Of a DNA stretch of 64,000 nt, positions 62,902 to 64,000 are shown piece by piece. The number at the start of each line of letters is the position of its first letter. The stretch's first letter is position 1. The position numbers and the translations under genes were made by a program. Location of the stretch: assembly GCA_038087875.1 (NCBI GenBank), contig JAXLNO010006153.1:186001-250000 (forward strand), written 5' to 3'. The notes under the pieces are model-generated. The model did not search any database. It saw only the letters and a program-made list of their open reading frames with translations, and was not told the origin of the DNA. The stretch is from Malacoraja senta. Its lineage: Eukaryota.

Positions 62902-64000
62902 AGTATTAGAAAGCAGTTCAGACTATCCACTATTCATGACTGGAGAAAGGACATGAAGAAAGGCAGGTGAGAACCGACAAGGAAAAGCTGCTGCTAAAAT
63001 ATCCTAACAATGAGGCAGTTATCAATAGCTTGCCATTTTTAAGAAAAGCTGACTTTGATTTCAAAGCAAGATCTGGAAAGCAGTCAAGAATTTACTATAA
63101 TGTTTAATTTTGTTTGCATGAGTTGTATTATCAGTAGATCCATAATGTTTTTGGTTATTAACATATCACTGTTTAAATCTATCCACAGCATCAGTATTGG
63201 GTTCTGATGTACAGCTGGAGACTAATTGTAAAAAACAATTGAGTTATATTAGTGGTATACATTCATGCTGTTATCAGCCTACATGCTGGGTGTTGTGATC
63301 TCAGCCTTTACTGGATGTTATTAAGAAAAATATTTTTATACCTCAGAACTTTAGCAGTTATTTCAGTCATACATTTTTCCTTCAGAATACACCATATTCA
63401 TGTTAAAAAAAACATGCAATGATTAAGTGCTATTTTCAACACCCAGAACATATTTTGCTGCTCAATTCAATGTACATTGGCTACAAATGTGATAATGCGA
63501 CCCTGCTTTCTTTCATCTTGACATAATCATAAGTCAATTTCACCAGGAGTGAAATGCCATAATGAACATTTGTGACACATTTTACTTCATGCTGGAATTT
63601 CCACATCGCACTTCCAGAAGTAATTTACATTTGCAGGGATGACATGAACCTAACGATGCTAATGCCTTTTTTCAGGAATGCAAGGTGAAATTCAGACATG
63701 CATTTCCATAGTTCCTCTATCACTATTCATACACAAACCACCTCGGTGGTTATACTGCTCTTTGTTCTGCAGCTAAGTTATTTAAAGGGTCACTCACACT
63801 CCCACTTGCAACTCCTACACTCTTCTTCACAACACTCTGGAGGCTGCCTGCTCATGGCCAAATATGTTTTCAATCATCACTGATGTTTCTTTTGACCTGC
63901 ACTGCTGTTTCAGGACATGGTACTTAGGTGGATGCATGGTGCTTCCATGGGTGTTGGTAGAAAACTTGGAAGAGGAACACGGACACAGTCACGTCCGGAG

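Overview
Eukaryotic, repeat-rich vertebrate DNA. The repeat families (HE1/V-SINE-type tRNA SINEs, Deu-domain SINEs, CR1, Penelope-like elements) point to a cartilaginous fish, probably a skate or ray (inference). One host gene is present: FAM53B (Simplet) on the minus strand, with three coding exons (54077-54154, 49089-49143, 27848-28632) that splice in frame. I could not find the last coding exon or a first non-coding exon in the window. Nearly all other ORFs in the track are noise or transposon debris. The most striking non-gene signal is about 20 copies of a 90-140 nt unit derived from the 3' end of a GIY-YIG Penelope-like retroelement. It carries a minimal hammerhead-ribozyme core (CUGAAGA-A-GGGU YUCG RCCC-GAAAC-GUH), often has its own target-site duplication (TSD), tends to start right at the ribozyme core, and sometimes occurs as fold-back or inverted pairs. 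Helix I of this hammerhead is weak, so activity is unproven. Also notable: a strong-Kozak CxxC uORF overlapping the FAM53B start codon, three Harbinger MITEs sharing one terminal inverted repeat (TIR), a 1-kb TIR element, and a CpG-rich transposon composite just upstream of the first coding exon. Coordinates were counted by eye; edges of old repeats are approximate.
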